A DNA stretch of 55,704 nucleotides from IMG/VR virus record IMGVR_UViG_3300041964_000008, positions 1 through 55,704 of that record; one strand, written 5' to 3'. The notes beneath the pieces were generated by a model. It saw only the letters and a list, made by a program, of their open reading frames with translations. It was not told the DNA's origin and did not search any database. Positions 44,315-53,901 of this stretch are shown one piece after another (the first letter of the stretch is position 1; every line of letters begins with the position of its first letter). The stretch is from a virus (lineage: Duplodnaviria; Caudoviricetes). The translations under genes were made by a program, and so were the position numbers.

Positions 44315-44725
44315 TCATCCCCACAGCTTTGTGTCACCCGGACTACGTTCAACGAGAGGCCTTGCAAGTAGTCGCTCGTCTCCATAGTGAATGGCGTTGT
44401 GAGTATTGTGAGTGGTTGTGATCAGAAATTCCGGATCGAGAATGCTTTCTTCTCCATGTGTTATGTCATCCACCGTCATAGGATTCATGTGGTGAATAAC
44501 AATCTTGTTGTAGATCTCGTAACCGTCGATTCCAAGATCACAACCTTGGTCACGAGCAATTACATGGTTTCGAACTTGCTTCCACTGTGCTGAGGAATAG
44601 AACATCTGATTGATGTGTCGATCATAGCCAAAAGTTGAAGCTCCGACCGATCCTCTTAGTGCAAGGTATCGAAATCTCTCTTCAAAAGTCGCTAGACTTC
44701 GAAGTGTGTAGTATGATCGAATCAT
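44315..44725 (-). CDS. HNH endonuclease (packaging-associated)
   Basis: FY.S..W..VR..VI.RD..C, IHHMNP, H.THNAIH. Confidence 0.8.
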   Translation of the reverse strand: MIRSYYTLRSLATFEERFRYLALRGSVGASTFGYDRHINQMFYSSAQWKQVRNHVIARDQGCDLGIDGYEIYNKIVIHHMNPMTVDDITHGEESILDPEFLITTTHNTHNAIHYGDERLLARPLVERSPGDTKLWG

Positions 44726-45063
44726 TCGAGTGGATCTCCAGCCGGTTCATCACCTGAGTAAGAACGCATAGCGTGAAGTGCTGTCTCATAGAGCTCTTCG
44801 ATCTTCTTAGCAGAATCCATACCTTCGATCTTCTTCTCAAGAAGATCAACTTCTCGCATAAGACGTGCTTGCTCAAGCTTCTCTCTTGTCGAACCGAGTT
44901 TCAGATAGTGAGTAACCACTTGACTCGATGCGGTACCTTCACGCATCTGCCTTTCGGCTTCATCGACAGCAAGAGCCACCATTTGATGCTCTCGAGACTC
45001 TGGAGAAGTAGCAGGAGATCGACTTGGCTTCTTTGGTTCTGGCTTTATGCGCTTAGAGACCAT
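44722..45063 (-). CDS. Putative terminase small subunit
   Basis: Helical/coiled-coil protein next to HNH, upstream of TerL; assignment is positional. Confidence 0.45.
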   Translation of the reverse strand: MVSKRIKPEPKKPSRSPATSPESREHQMVALAVDEAERQMREGTASSQVVTHYLKLGSTREKLEQARLMREVDLLEKKIEGMDSAKKIEELYETALHAMRSYSGDEPAGDPLE

Positions 45064-45234
45064 GACGACTCCTTTCTCTAGATGAATCGGAGGAAGATCA
45101 TGGCGAAAAAGATGAAGCATGCTAGAACAGTGCCAACCCAGAATAATACCGTAAACACGGCTACTGCTATAAAGCTAAGCATCACGGATAGGCCTCGAAG
45201 TACGGCCACCAAGTAGGATCCCATGAAACCTTTC

Positions 45235-45768
45235 TTACGTTCGATCTTCTAATAGGATGAGTTGACCGATTTGCAAAGTATAAGGGGAATGCAGATTGTT
45301 GATTCGTGCAAGCTCTTCCCAAGCGATTCCAACCTTGAGTCCGATTCGGCTCAAAGTATCTCCACCGATGACGATGTAGGTACCAACTGGTGGAGGATAG
45401 ATGTCCTGGAGATATGCCTTGTACTTGCCGCTGGTATAGACGCTCCAAGCATCGAAGCCTTGATCACGACGAATGGTAAGTCCAGACTCCATGTTGAAGA
45501 GAGGATCGAGAAGTCGATCTTCGTCTCGGTAATGTCCGGTTCCCTTGTGCGATCGAAGACTTCGAACCTGAAGACCTCCGTATGAGTATCCCCACTTGTC
45601 ATTGGCAAGCTCTTGATCACCAACACTGTCGAAGTCAGAGAAAGGACTTCCATCTTTTGGCTGACCTTCAACCATAGCGATAGCCGAGATGACTCGTGCC
45701 GGCCATGGACGAAAACCAATTCGACGAGCCATTGATCGAACCTGCTCTTGAGTGAAGAGATTAACCAT
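45235..45768 (-). CDS. Lysozyme-like/transglycosylase domain plus LysM
   Basis: AIAMVE..SYGGLQV..LLDP..N..AWSVY; Y.V..GDTLSRI...LA.IN.L......IGQ. Confidence 0.8.
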   Translation of the reverse strand: MVNLFTQEQVRSMARRIGFRPWPARVISAIAMVEGQPKDGSPFSDFDSVGDQELANDKWGYSYGGLQVRSLRSHKGTGHYRDEDRLLDPLFNMESGLTIRRDQGFDAWSVYTSGKYKAYLQDIYPPPVGTYIVIGGDTLSRIGLKVGIAWEELARINNLHSPYTLQIGQLILLEDRT

Positions 45769-46237
45769 GAGCTACCTTTCGGTCGAGCCATCCGGCTTCT
45801 CGAGCCGTGTTGACTAGGATCTCATACAACTGATCGCAAAGTTTGAATCGATCTTTCTGAATGGCCAACGAATGCACGAGATCACCATCGGCGTGACGCT
45901 CGGAGGCAGCTTTCCAATCGGCCAACATCTCCACGAGATCAATCAGAGACATACCTGACACGCCATTGGAGAAGTGTTCAGGGTGATGTCGATTGTTCGC
46001 GTAGTGATGATCAAGCGCGGGCTTCATCTGATCGAGAAAGCCCTTGTACTCATCGGATCCGTATGTGCTATCCTTTAACCTAGCGCTGTAAAGGTCAAAG
46101 GTAGCCAGTTCAGGATCCTCCATCTTCGAGAGGTCGTGTTTCGTGAGTCTCTTCTGAACTTCGATGATGAGTTCGAGCACAAGTTGGTCTACTCGACGTG
46201 AATGTTGAAGCGTTACGAGCGTGGAATCGTGAGCCAT
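45761..46237 (-). CDS. HD-like protein (DUF5662-like)
   Basis: H...HDLSK...HHY..N.HHPEH...EM.ADW. Confidence 0.75.
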   Translation of the reverse strand: MAHDSTLVTLQHSRRVDQLVLELIIEVQKRLTKHDLSKMEDPELATFDLYSARLKDSTYGSDEYKGFLDQMKPALDHHYANNRHHPEHFSNGVSGMSLIDLVEMLADWKAASERHADGDLVHSLAIQKDRFKLCDQLYEILVNTAREAGWLDRKVAHG

Positions 46238-46406
46238 TAGTTCATCCTACTTCTCTTAGACTCTGAAAGACATAGCCAATGGTTTAACCAATCTTTTGCC
46301 TAGTTTAAAAGTGGATTGTTTGTACTAAATCTCCCCCCGGGGCTATTTTTAGAGAGCGGCGATCCAGGGTGGGGGGCGTTTTTTCGAGACCCCCCTCCCC
46401 TGGCTT

Positions 46407-46685
46407 TCAAGACGGAACGTCCTCGATAACGAGTCCTGTCTCGGCCGACACCTTGCGATGAACGCCTGAAGCGTTGAGCCTAACGATGGTGTCGATAGCG
46501 TCCTCTCTGGCAAGAATCTGATCTGCTTCTGACATCTCAGAAGATGTAACGATGACTCTTGCCAGTAGTGCCAGTGAGTGGTACCCGGCGGTTGAATCAA
46601 ATGAATACCATTCTTTGAACTGTGTGATTGGGTTCCATGGATTGTCAACCGTCGTCAGCACGTGTGTCGTCCGTCGATCAGCCAT
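46407..46685 (-). CDS. Hypothetical protein (LTTVDNPWNP), directly after the RNAP gene
   Basis: AAGGAGG RBS; 92-aa ORF. Confidence 0.75.
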   Translation of the reverse strand: MADRRTTHVLTTVDNPWNPITQFKEWYSFDSTAGYHSLALLARVIVTSSEMSEADQILAREDAIDTIVRLNASGVHRKVSAETGLVIEDVPS

Positions 46686-46730
46686 CGTTCACCTCCTTGT
46701 ACTGCTGTGCGTGGTAAGGAAGGGTAGGTG

Positions 46731-49436
46731 TCATCCGCCTAGCTCCTTCTTCAGTGTGGTGAGGGAGACGCCTAGGGCAGCAGCGATCTCGCCTTGGGTG
46801 TAGCCCTGGTCAGCCATCTGTTTCGCTCTGTTGATCTTGGTGGAGGTCATCAGTTTGGTTGAACGGGGGGTTGCAAGAGCCTTCACGATGTCGAGGTCGG
46901 CATTGTCTAGGATTCGTGCTAACTTGGTAGGGCTGATTGCCCCAGCCTGCACGGCTTCCCACTCACGGGGGGTAATTTCGATCTTTTGTTTGCCTGCCCC
47001 CATTCGCATTCGTGCCTCAGTGAGTGCTTGTCCTTCAACCTTCTTGCGTGTAGCAGGGTCCATGTTTGGATTGGAGGCCACTTTAGCAGCGATGGCGGTA
47101 TTTGCAATGACCTGGGCCTGTCTTTCAAGGGGGGCATTGCGTTGCGCAATCTTTAGCTTTGCTGTTAGTGAATCAGCTTCAGCCTTGAATGCCTTGTTAG
47201 CCTGATTGTCATAAGGCTTGTTCTTGATCGAGAGAGTAGACAGACGAGCGTCATTGGCTAAGGCCTTCATTCGATTAGAATGATCGGCATAGATCTTCTC
47301 CATGACTGTAGGGTTAGGCCGTGATGTCAGAGTGTGAGCATCGTTGGTCTCAGCCAACTTAACAGACTGCTCTGTTAGAACCTTACGCAAACCTGTCTTA
47401 GTGAAGTAGTGCTCACCAGTCTCCTTATAGACCTTCTCACCAGTCTTAGGATCTATAGGTCCACCCTCAGAAGCCCTTCGCAGTCTACGCCTAGGTACAT
47501 CCGTTCGAGACGTAGCCCTAGAGATCAGTGTAGAGGATCCACCAGGACGACCACCTGTCTCTTTAGCCTGATACTTACGCTGTAGAGACACGATGTTGTT
47601 GTCTATGAAAGACTGCTTGTAGTTCAACTCATGGTTCACAGCATCGATGACAACCATAGCGTGACGTACAGCAGCAGCGATCTCATCAGGCTTAGCCTTC
47701 TTAAGAGTCATGTCTGTGATGAGGTTAGAGACAGACCCCATCTCAAAGCCCTTCTCACCTTCAGTCATCACCTTCATACCATCAAACTTAGGGTAACTCA
47801 GCTTGGCATCAAAGTCCTTTAGACCCTCTAATCGAGCAGTGGTCTTTATCTTGGGATTAGCGATAGGGTTCGGTATCACAAGGACTGTGTCACCATCAAA
47901 GTCTGCACCAGACAGGTGTCCAGCAACCTTGCTATGGATGCCCACTACATCCTTAGCTAGAGGACCAATGAGCTTTACAGCCTCAGGTTGACGATTGTTG
48001 ACTATCAGTTCAGGGATCTCGAACGTACCACCATGAGGGAAGCGAATCAGAGCGACTCGCTCTCCATGATCGTAGTTGGGCGCATAGATCTCTGTTACCT
48101 TCATGCTGTCGATAGGAAGAAGCACTTGTGTGCTCTGACGTGGCAGCTTGTGTGCCGTTAGCTCTACAGCTAAGGAGTCAGCACTATCAGCATAGCTCTC
48201 AAGAAGCTTCTTCTTGACTGTGGGGTTGGTGAGAGCCTTGATCTCGTCAAGTTCCATCTTTCGCTGTTCATGAGTCATAGACAATTGAGTTTTAGCCAGA
48301 ATAGGACTCTGCTTAGACAGAACTTGTGTAGAGATGACGTTTCTCCACTTGTCCCAGTCACCTTCCTTGTTCACAAGGTTCATTGCAGAGGTAACTTCGA
48401 GAATCGGCCCATCTGGATACTCACGTTTTCCGATTTGCTTGATAGTAGCCCCAAAAGGATTCTCAGGATCATCGGAAATCGGCTTTAGGACAGCTAGCTT
48501 GTCCTTGTACTTAGGATCGCTCTTAAGCTTGGGTGTATGGAATTGAATGTCCGTACCACGAGGAAGATCGTCCTTGTACATGGCCATACCCTTGATGTAG
48601 TGAGTACCATCAACCAAAATTCGAACTTGTGCGTAATTGGCACCTCCCAAAGAGAGGTCATCCTTACCAGGACGCAAATAGACCAATCCATCAAGCTTAG
48701 ATCCACCATCCTCACCGTACACGACCTTGATTCGACTTGAACTTACGGAAAGCGGAGACTTGGTTTGGTAGTACGACCGTCCACCGTCATCAGAGATCGT
48801 CGTGATGTCCTTGATCTGACCGAGATCTTTGACGAGGTCCTTATACGTAGTTCCAGGCTTAGCCAACACCTTAATAGTGGTCTTCTTACGACCACCAGTC
48901 CCGATTGTAGGTGTCTGAACTAGCTCATACGCATAACCTTCGGCTTTTAGGATGCTAACGGCCGTAGCAAGAAACTCCTTGCTCACATAGCGGTGATTCT
49001 CGACACCTCTACCAACATCGATAGCCCCTTTTTCCGCAATCTGGTCACGAAGCATTTGAGCAGTCGCTTTGAGGATGCTGACCTTCTCTAATTCGCCTGG
49101 CTTGAGAAGGCTTCGAACAGAAGACTCGTTAATCCCCATCTTCTCGCCAATAGCGATGTTCGACAGACCTTTATCCTTCAACTTCTGAGCAGTCGCGATG
49201 TCAGCTGCCTTTTTGGCGTTTCGAGCAATGGTCTTCGTGATTCTCAGATCTGTGGTGGACATATCAAGGCCTTTTGCGATTTGAAGATCCGTAAGACCCT
49301 TATCCTTCATCTCCTGGATGTAATCCGTGAACATCTTGCTTCGCTTGGCCTCAGTTCCACCAGAACCCCAAGGATAGCGACCTGACTTTCGAAGAATGCC
49401 GTAGTGTGCCAGATGTGCGCTTTCATCAATGATCAT
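46731..49436 (-). CDS. Putative single-subunit two-barrel RNA polymerase with HTH domains
   Basis: QVR-x7-IKG, LIRFPH and SGADFDGD (47889-47906); two N-terminal and one C-terminal HTH-like segments. Confidence 0.8.
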   Translation of the reverse strand: MIIDESAHLAHYGILRKSGRYPWGSGGTEAKRSKMFTDYIQEMKDKGLTDLQIAKGLDMSTTDLRITKTIARNAKKAADIATAQKLKDKGLSNIAIGEKMGINESSVRSLLKPGELEKVSILKATAQMLRDQIAEKGAIDVGRGVENHRYVSKEFLATAVSILKAEGYAYELVQTPTIGTGGRKKTTIKVLAKPGTTYKDLVKDLGQIKDITTISDDGGRSYYQTKSPLSVSSSRIKVVYGEDGGSKLDGLVYLRPGKDDLSLGGANYAQVRILVDGTHYIKGMAMYKDDLPRGTDIQFHTPKLKSDPKYKDKLAVLKPISDDPENPFGATIKQIGKREYPDGPILEVTSAMNLVNKEGDWDKWRNVISTQVLSKQSPILAKTQLSMTHEQRKMELDEIKALTNPTVKKKLLESYADSADSLAVELTAHKLPRQSTQVLLPIDSMKVTEIYAPNYDHGERVALIRFPHGGTFEIPELIVNNRQPEAVKLIGPLAKDVVGIHSKVAGHLSGADFDGDTVLVIPNPIANPKIKTTARLEGLKDFDAKLSYPKFDGMKVMTEGEKGFEMGSVSNLITDMTLKKAKPDEIAAAVRHAMVVIDAVNHELNYKQSFIDNNIVSLQRKYQAKETGGRPGGSSTLISRATSRTDVPRRRLRRASEGGPIDPKTGEKVYKETGEHYFTKTGLRKVLTEQSVKLAETNDAHTLTSRPNPTVMEKIYADHSNRMKALANDARLSTLSIKNKPYDNQANKAFKAEADSLTAKLKIAQRNAPLERQAQVIANTAIAAKVASNPNMDPATRKKVEGQALTEARMRMGAGKQKIEITPREWEAVQAGAISPTKLARILDNADLDIVKALATPRSTKLMTSTKINRAKQMADQGYTQGEIAAALGVSLTTLKKELGG

Positions 49437-49993
49437 CCTAGGGCCTCCTCTCGAAGAGTCTTGATTCGCTTGTCAAAGGTAACGATTCTGTCCATGATGT
49501 GGAAGATCACGTCGGGGTCCGCCTCAAATAGTTGAATCTCATCGCTCTGGTAGATGCGAAGTTCTGTACGAATCGAGAAAGGACGAAACTTGTACTCGAG
49601 ACAGAACAACGCAGCATAGACCTCTAGCTGTCGAACTGTTGCTGGATGTATTCCCGTTTTCAGATCCGAGATTCGCAATCGATTGCTTCGAAACGAGACA
49701 ACGTCGGCAGTGCCAAACGCGTTTTCCGAATAGAACAAAGGTTGCTCCGGAGTCATCCGGAATCCGATCGAATCGTTGACGTACATGTTCAACGTTTTTG
49801 GTATCCGGGGAAGTTTGACACCAAGACGAATGCACATGTGAGCAAGAACGTGTAACTCAGTACCTCTCTGCGCTGCCTGATTCATGTAGAAGACTCGCTC
49901 GAGTTTGTCTTCATCATAATTCACCCACGACGACTTGCTCGCACTCAAAAAGGCATGTTTGCCTTCAAGCGCGGAATGCTTGTTGAAGCGCAT
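49433..49993 (-). CDS. PD-(D/E)XK / Cas4-like exonuclease
   Basis: RGT.LH, E..L, GTAD, I.DLKTG, QL..YA. Confidence 0.8.
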   Translation of the reverse strand: MRFNKHSALEGKHAFLSASKSSWVNYDEDKLERVFYMNQAAQRGTELHVLAHMCIRLGVKLPRIPKTLNMYVNDSIGFRMTPEQPLFYSENAFGTADVVSFRSNRLRISDLKTGIHPATVRQLEVYAALFCLEYKFRPFSIRTELRIYQSDEIQLFEADPDVIFHIMDRIVTFDKRIKTLREEALG

Positions 49994-50267
49994 CAAGGAC
50001 CTCAGTTTCGTTCTCGGGATAAATGAAAGCACCGAAGGACATTTGGTTTGCCTGTGAAACAAACCACTCTTGGTTGGGCTGTTGCTCAGCGTTGATCTTC
50101 GGTTTGACTTCTAGCATGGCCCATCGATCGTTCCAGAAGATGCTCAGATCCGGAATGCCTTGTTGGTAGTCCGTGTCGTTCTTGAGAATGATGCATCCTG
50201 GAAAGATCTGACGAAGTCGCTTGATAAGACCTTCTTGATAATTCGACTCAAGTTTTGTCTGACGCAT
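49965..50267 (-). CDS. VRR-NUC nuclease / resolvase
   Basis: E...Q, GIPDL, LEVK, PNQ. Confidence 0.8.
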   Translation of the reverse strand: MRQTKLESNYQEGLIKRLRQIFPGCIILKNDTDYQQGIPDLSIFWNDRWAMLEVKPKINAEQQPNQEWFVSQANQMSFGAFIYPENETEVLDALQQAFRA

Positions 50268-50289
50268 CTTCGCCTCCGATCGCAAAAAG

Positions 50290-50345
50290 GGAGAGAACGT
50301 GTTTTTAAAGACGTCCTTCTATTAGGGGGCATGTTTCATCCACGA
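50290..50345 (-). promoter_or_regulatory. 26-bp motif (50320-50345) followed by a leader hairpin, heading the nuclease-RNAP operon
   Basis: TCGTG-N6-ACA-N5-CCTAATA, then GAAGGACGT..ACGTTCTC..CCCTTTTT. Confidence 0.7.
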
Positions 50346-50357
50346 GATATTACCATA

Positions 50358-50852
50358 TCAGTCCGCGTGTTCAAACTTCTGAAACGTGAGCGGGACATAG
50401 GTATCCTCATAACACGACTGCTCAACGTCGAAGTAGTAAACGCCATTCGCCATACAGAGTTCCTTCATGCTGTTATAGACAATACCGGTCTCACGATCTC
50501 GTCTCGGTCGTGTATCGTTGTGGAAATTCTCATAACGAAACTGCTGTTGGTACTTAATGGCGAACCAACGAGGACGCCACATCAGATTGTCAGCTCGACA
50601 GTTCAGCAGATCCGAGTCGAGATGTATGGGTGTGTCGAAATGCTCGTAGGGCTTTGGTATGAACGTACGAGCAACCAGCTGAGCAACAGATCTTGTGTAG
50701 GCGATACGATCTCGAACAAGCGTGATCTTAGCGTGACCCATCTTGTTCATGGACTGATGGACATCTACTCCAGTCTTGAGGTTGGTGAACTTTGCATAGG
50801 TGCTTACGGCATACATCGGGAACTCCTCGAGAACTTCCCATAATTCTTCCAT
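50358..50852 (-). CDS. NUMOD4/HNH-type protein
   Basis: W......P.YAVS, LVA.TFI, HLD.D..N..A.NL.W. Confidence 0.75.
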   Translation of the reverse strand: MEELWEVLEEFPMYAVSTYAKFTNLKTGVDVHQSMNKMGHAKITLVRDRIAYTRSVAQLVARTFIPKPYEHFDTPIHLDSDLLNCRADNLMWRPRWFAIKYQQQFRYENFHNDTRPRRDRETGIVYNSMKELCMANGVYYFDVEQSCYEDTYVPLTFQKFEHAD

Positions 50853-51005
50853 TTGGGTGCCTTTCTTGAGTGTGCCAAAAACGGTGCCAAAAACACGGTT
50901 TATAGCGCTTATATATATCCCATTTTATTACAATAATAATAACTTCACTACATGGGAAGTAAGTAAGCCTTGTATTTGTGGCACAACGGAACAGCTAACT
51001 ATGAC

Positions 51006-52205
51006 TTATATGGACAATTGGGACTCGTTGAAGTTCCGTTTGTTCTTCAAAGCCTTGAGAATTGCCTTGTCAATCATCGCTCCAGAAACCAGAATTGAGT
51101 ACCAAAGATCGTTGAAAGGAGTGTCCAATCTGTCGATTCTCCCTTGAGCTTGGCAAAAAGCCTTGTACGAGTAGGTCAAGGAGTAGAAGCACATAGCGTC
51201 CGTTTCCGTACAATTCCACCCCTCCGAACCAGCTGTGTACTGCACTAAGTAAACCCATCTATCACTCTCCGGGATCGGTTGGTGTCGGTGGCCGTTCCAC
51301 TCCGCCATAGATATTGAAGGGGTCGCTAATGATCTGAGCAGGTCGAGTTCGTAGTCGAACGAATAGAATACAACCAAACGGGGGTGCACCATCAACAAGT
51401 CTTTGACAGCCTCCAGACGGGACGGATGTGAGTTGACGACCTTTCTCATCACTATAAACATCTCCGCAACATCCCGTAAAGGTCTCTCTTCGTACACGTG
51501 CCATCTATCTTTCACCACCCGATCGAATAGAGTCTTGTCATAAGAGACAGGGACATACGAGGTATGCCGAGTTGTGTGTTGCTTATAAGGCATGTGCACA
51601 AGAAGCTTGTTACGGTTCTTGACAAGCTTGTTCGCACCTACGTACCGATCTACTTTCGGATGCTTCGAGTACGTATTATAAATGACGTGCTCCCGCTTAA
51701 ATTGCGTACGATTCTTATAGAAACCATTCGCAACAAAGACGGGTATATAATCCAACCACGTGTCCCCAGGTGTAGCCGTAAGTAATACCCACTCGTTCCT
51801 TTTCGCAATTCGAAGAAAGGACTTGGACCAGGCCCCGGACCCCACCAGTCGCTGTTCATCGAAGATGAAGAATGCCTCTGAAACATTCTCATACTTCTCG
51901 ATGTTGTTCCACGAATCCACCGTAAGGCAGATTCCATCCATAGACCCCTCATGCGTTCGTCCAATCCCGAACTTGATAGCAGCCTCTTGCCAATCGAAAC
52001 TGTCACGCTTCTTAGCTGTCGTGATGATGTAGAGATCCCGAGGCCTTGTACAAGAGCCAGGCTTACCAGGAACGCCGTCGCATACCTTGGAGTAGAAGTA
52101 GGTCAGAGCAGTCAGAGACTTACCCGAACCTACTCCACCCCAAAGTATGCACCCGTTGTGCATCTGCTCGACAGCCTTCAGCTGATGCGGGTACAGCTCA
52201 TCCAC
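51006..52205 (-). CDS. SF2 (SNF2-like) helicase
   Basis: [32 protein letters not shown]. Confidence 0.9.
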   Translation of the reverse strand: MDELYPHQLKAVEQMHNGCILWGGVGSGKSLTALTYFYSKVCDGVPGKPGSCTRPRDLYIITTAKKRDSFDWQEAAIKFGIGRTHEGSMDGICLTVDSWNNIEKYENVSEAFFIFDEQRLVGSGAWSKSFLRIAKRNEWVLLTATPGDTWLDYIPVFVANGFYKNRTQFKREHVIYNTYSKHPKVDRYVGANKLVKNRNKLLVHMPYKQHTTRHTSYVPVSYDKTLFDRVVKDRWHVYEERPLRDVAEMFIVMRKVVNSHPSRLEAVKDLLMVHPRLVVFYSFDYELDLLRSLATPSISMAEWNGHRHQPIPESDRWVYLVQYTAGSEGWNCTETDAMCFYSLTYSYKAFCQAQGRIDRLDTPFNDLWYSILVSGAMIDKAILKALKNKRNFNESQLSI

Positions 52206-52335
52206 TAGCGCTTCCGTAGCGCGACGCGTCCTCTTCCTTAGCCAAGTCCTTACGACAGTTGTCAGAGCACCAGTCCTTGCCGATGAACGCCATGACCTTG
52301 ATCTCCTTGCCGCAACTCTTGCAGTGCGTGTTCAT
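52198..52335 (-). CDS. 45-aa zinc-finger peptide (CKSCGK...WCSDNC)
   Basis: Read manually; AAGGAG RBS; stop overlaps the helicase start. Confidence 0.7.
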   Translation of the reverse strand: MNTHCKSCGKEIKVMAFIGKDWCSDNCRKDLAKEEDASRYGSASG

Positions 52336-52343
52336 ACTTCTCC

Positions 52344-52679
52344 TTACGAAACCATGTGAGGGCTGTGTCTCTGGTAGCCGCGAGTACAGTTCGGGTGCTG
52401 ATCACGAGGCTCACCCTTGCAAGCATTCGCCGGCAGAAACCCCTCAGGCAAAGCTTCAGCAGACTGCTTCTCGCTCTGCTTGAGAGTGGCCAGAGCACCT
52501 AAGGCCGTCGCCTGAGCAGACAGTAGCTCCAGCATCGGCCAGCTACCATCACGGTTACGTACCTCGAACAGAGGAACGCCCATGCGTGCAGCCTCAGTCA
52601 CAAGGAACTGCATTTGCACATCAAGACGGTCCAGAACATTCTCGAGTTCGATGGTCAGTGTGCGGGTCGTGTACTTCAT
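52344..52679 (-). CDS. Hypothetical protein
   Basis: AAGGAG RBS before MKYTT. Confidence 0.6.
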   Translation of the reverse strand: MKYTTRTLTIELENVLDRLDVQMQFLVTEAARMGVPLFEVRNRDGSWPMLELLSAQATALGALATLKQSEKQSAEALPEGFLPANACKGEPRDQHPNCTRGYQRHSPHMVS

Positions 52680-52681
52680 AG

Positions 52682-52837
52682 CTACTCCTTCAGATAAGTG
52701 AGACATGCTTGACAGGTGATCTCTGCTTCGTTCCATGACGCTTCGAACGTACCGGTCTGACCAACTCCCCAGCAGAGAGGGAAGCCGTCTTGAAAGTGCT
52801 TGACATGTACTACCAGGTTCATCTCCTCTAGGCCCAT
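52682..52837 (-). CDS. Small Cys/His protein
   Basis: GAGGA RBS; H...C...C..C. Confidence 0.6.
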   Translation of the reverse strand: MGLEEMNLVVHVKHFQDGFPLCWGVGQTGTFEASWNEAEITCQACLTYLKE

Positions 52838-52898
52838 GAGGTCCTCTCGTAATAAGTCCGAAAAAACTAGAGGCCTTGTAGGGCTTCTAGTTTCAGAA

Positions 52899-53081
52899 TC
52901 AAACGGTGGGGTAGCCAGGGGGCGGCGGGATGTTCGGTACACGGGTACTGGGATCAGGCGCAGGCATGTTGCGAAGCTTCTTCTTCTCATATCGAGTTGA
53001 TATGATGATGAAGAGGCAGGCTCCAAGTCCGCTACTGATGGCAATGATGCTGTAGTAGTAAACAAACGTGTCGAGTGACAT
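52899..53081 (-). CDS. Membrane peptide with Pro-rich tail
   Basis: AGGAG RBS; cassette. Confidence 0.75.
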   Translation of the reverse strand: MSLDTFVYYYSIIAISSGLGACLFIIISTRYEKKKLRNMPAPDPSTRVPNIPPPPGYPTV

Positions 53082-53166
53082 GGTGTACTCCTGTGTTTGG
53101 GATTCATTATGCACCATGTATACCTCGCGAAAACCGTAAGCCCTTGTAGGCGCTTAGGTTGGTGAA

Positions 53167-53316
53167 TCAGTTCTTGTCGAAGTACTGGGGGTTGTCGAGC
53201 TTCCACTTCACGGCCAGGGTGGTAACCCACAGTGCGATAACGATCATGACGATGATCGCGAACGGCAACATGGTGTTAACAAAGTTGGCCCAGAAGGTAA
53301 AGATGTCTGACAGCAT
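53167..53316 (-). CDS. 49-aa membrane peptide (MLSDIFTFW...)
   Basis: Read manually; AAGGAG RBS; cassette. Confidence 0.75.
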   Translation of the reverse strand: MLSDIFTFWANFVNTMLPFAIIVMIVIALWVTTLAVKWKLDNPQYFDKN

Positions 53317-53398
53317 GGCTGTTCTCCTTAGAATTGGGTTTCATTATGCACCATGTAAATCTCGCGAAAGAGAAAGCCCTTGTGGCCTTCTCTCCCCT

Positions 53399-53548
53399 TC
53401 AGTGGGACGCTTTGTAGCTGTAGTTCAGTTGGAAGCTTCCGCTGTCCGGTGAGTGATTGAAGCAGTAGGGTTCGTCGTCATAAGCGACGTACTCTACGCA
53501 ATCAGGATGCTCACACGGGTGGAAGTCAGGGTTCTGTAACTCTGACAT
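53399..53548 (-). CDS. 49-aa C-x4-C...C-x2-H peptide
   Basis: GAAAGG RBS; cassette. Confidence 0.75.
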   Translation of the reverse strand: MSELQNPDFHPCEHPDCVEYVAYDDEPYCFNHSPDSGSFQLNYSYKASH

Positions 53549-53630
53549 GTCGTGCCTTTCTAATAGGGATTCATTAGAGGACATGTATAACCAGCGAAAC
53601 CGTAAGCCCTTGTAGGGGCTCACGGATGAA

Positions 53631-53816
53631 TCAGTACAGCTGGCCTTTGGCGGCTCGGTGTTTGAGGCTGAGTTCGCGGTTTCTCTGGATCCATTTCGAG
53701 ATCGTCTGTTCGTAGAGGTCGTCGTAGAAGGTGTCCTTCTTATCTGATCTCTTGTAACGTTCGAGCTGTTTCTTCTCCAGATGATTTGCGCGACGAGCAT
53801 ATCCATCGATTGCCAT
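53631..53816 (-). CDS. Basic hypothetical protein
   Basis: GAAAGGA RBS; cassette. Confidence 0.75.
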   Translation of the reverse strand: MAIDGYARRANHLEKKQLERYKRSDKKDTFYDDLYEQTISKWIQRNRELSLKHRAAKGQLY

Positions 53817-53901
53817 CGTGTTCCTTTCTTGTAGTGGATTCATTATAGGGTCTGTTCCTCACGCGAAAACCTATACCCCGTGTAGGGATATAGGGTTGAA
53901 C

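Noticed and set aside
49433-49993. Cas4-like gene as part of a CRISPR system
   Set aside because: Stand-alone PD-(D/E)XK exonucleases are routine in phage recombination modules
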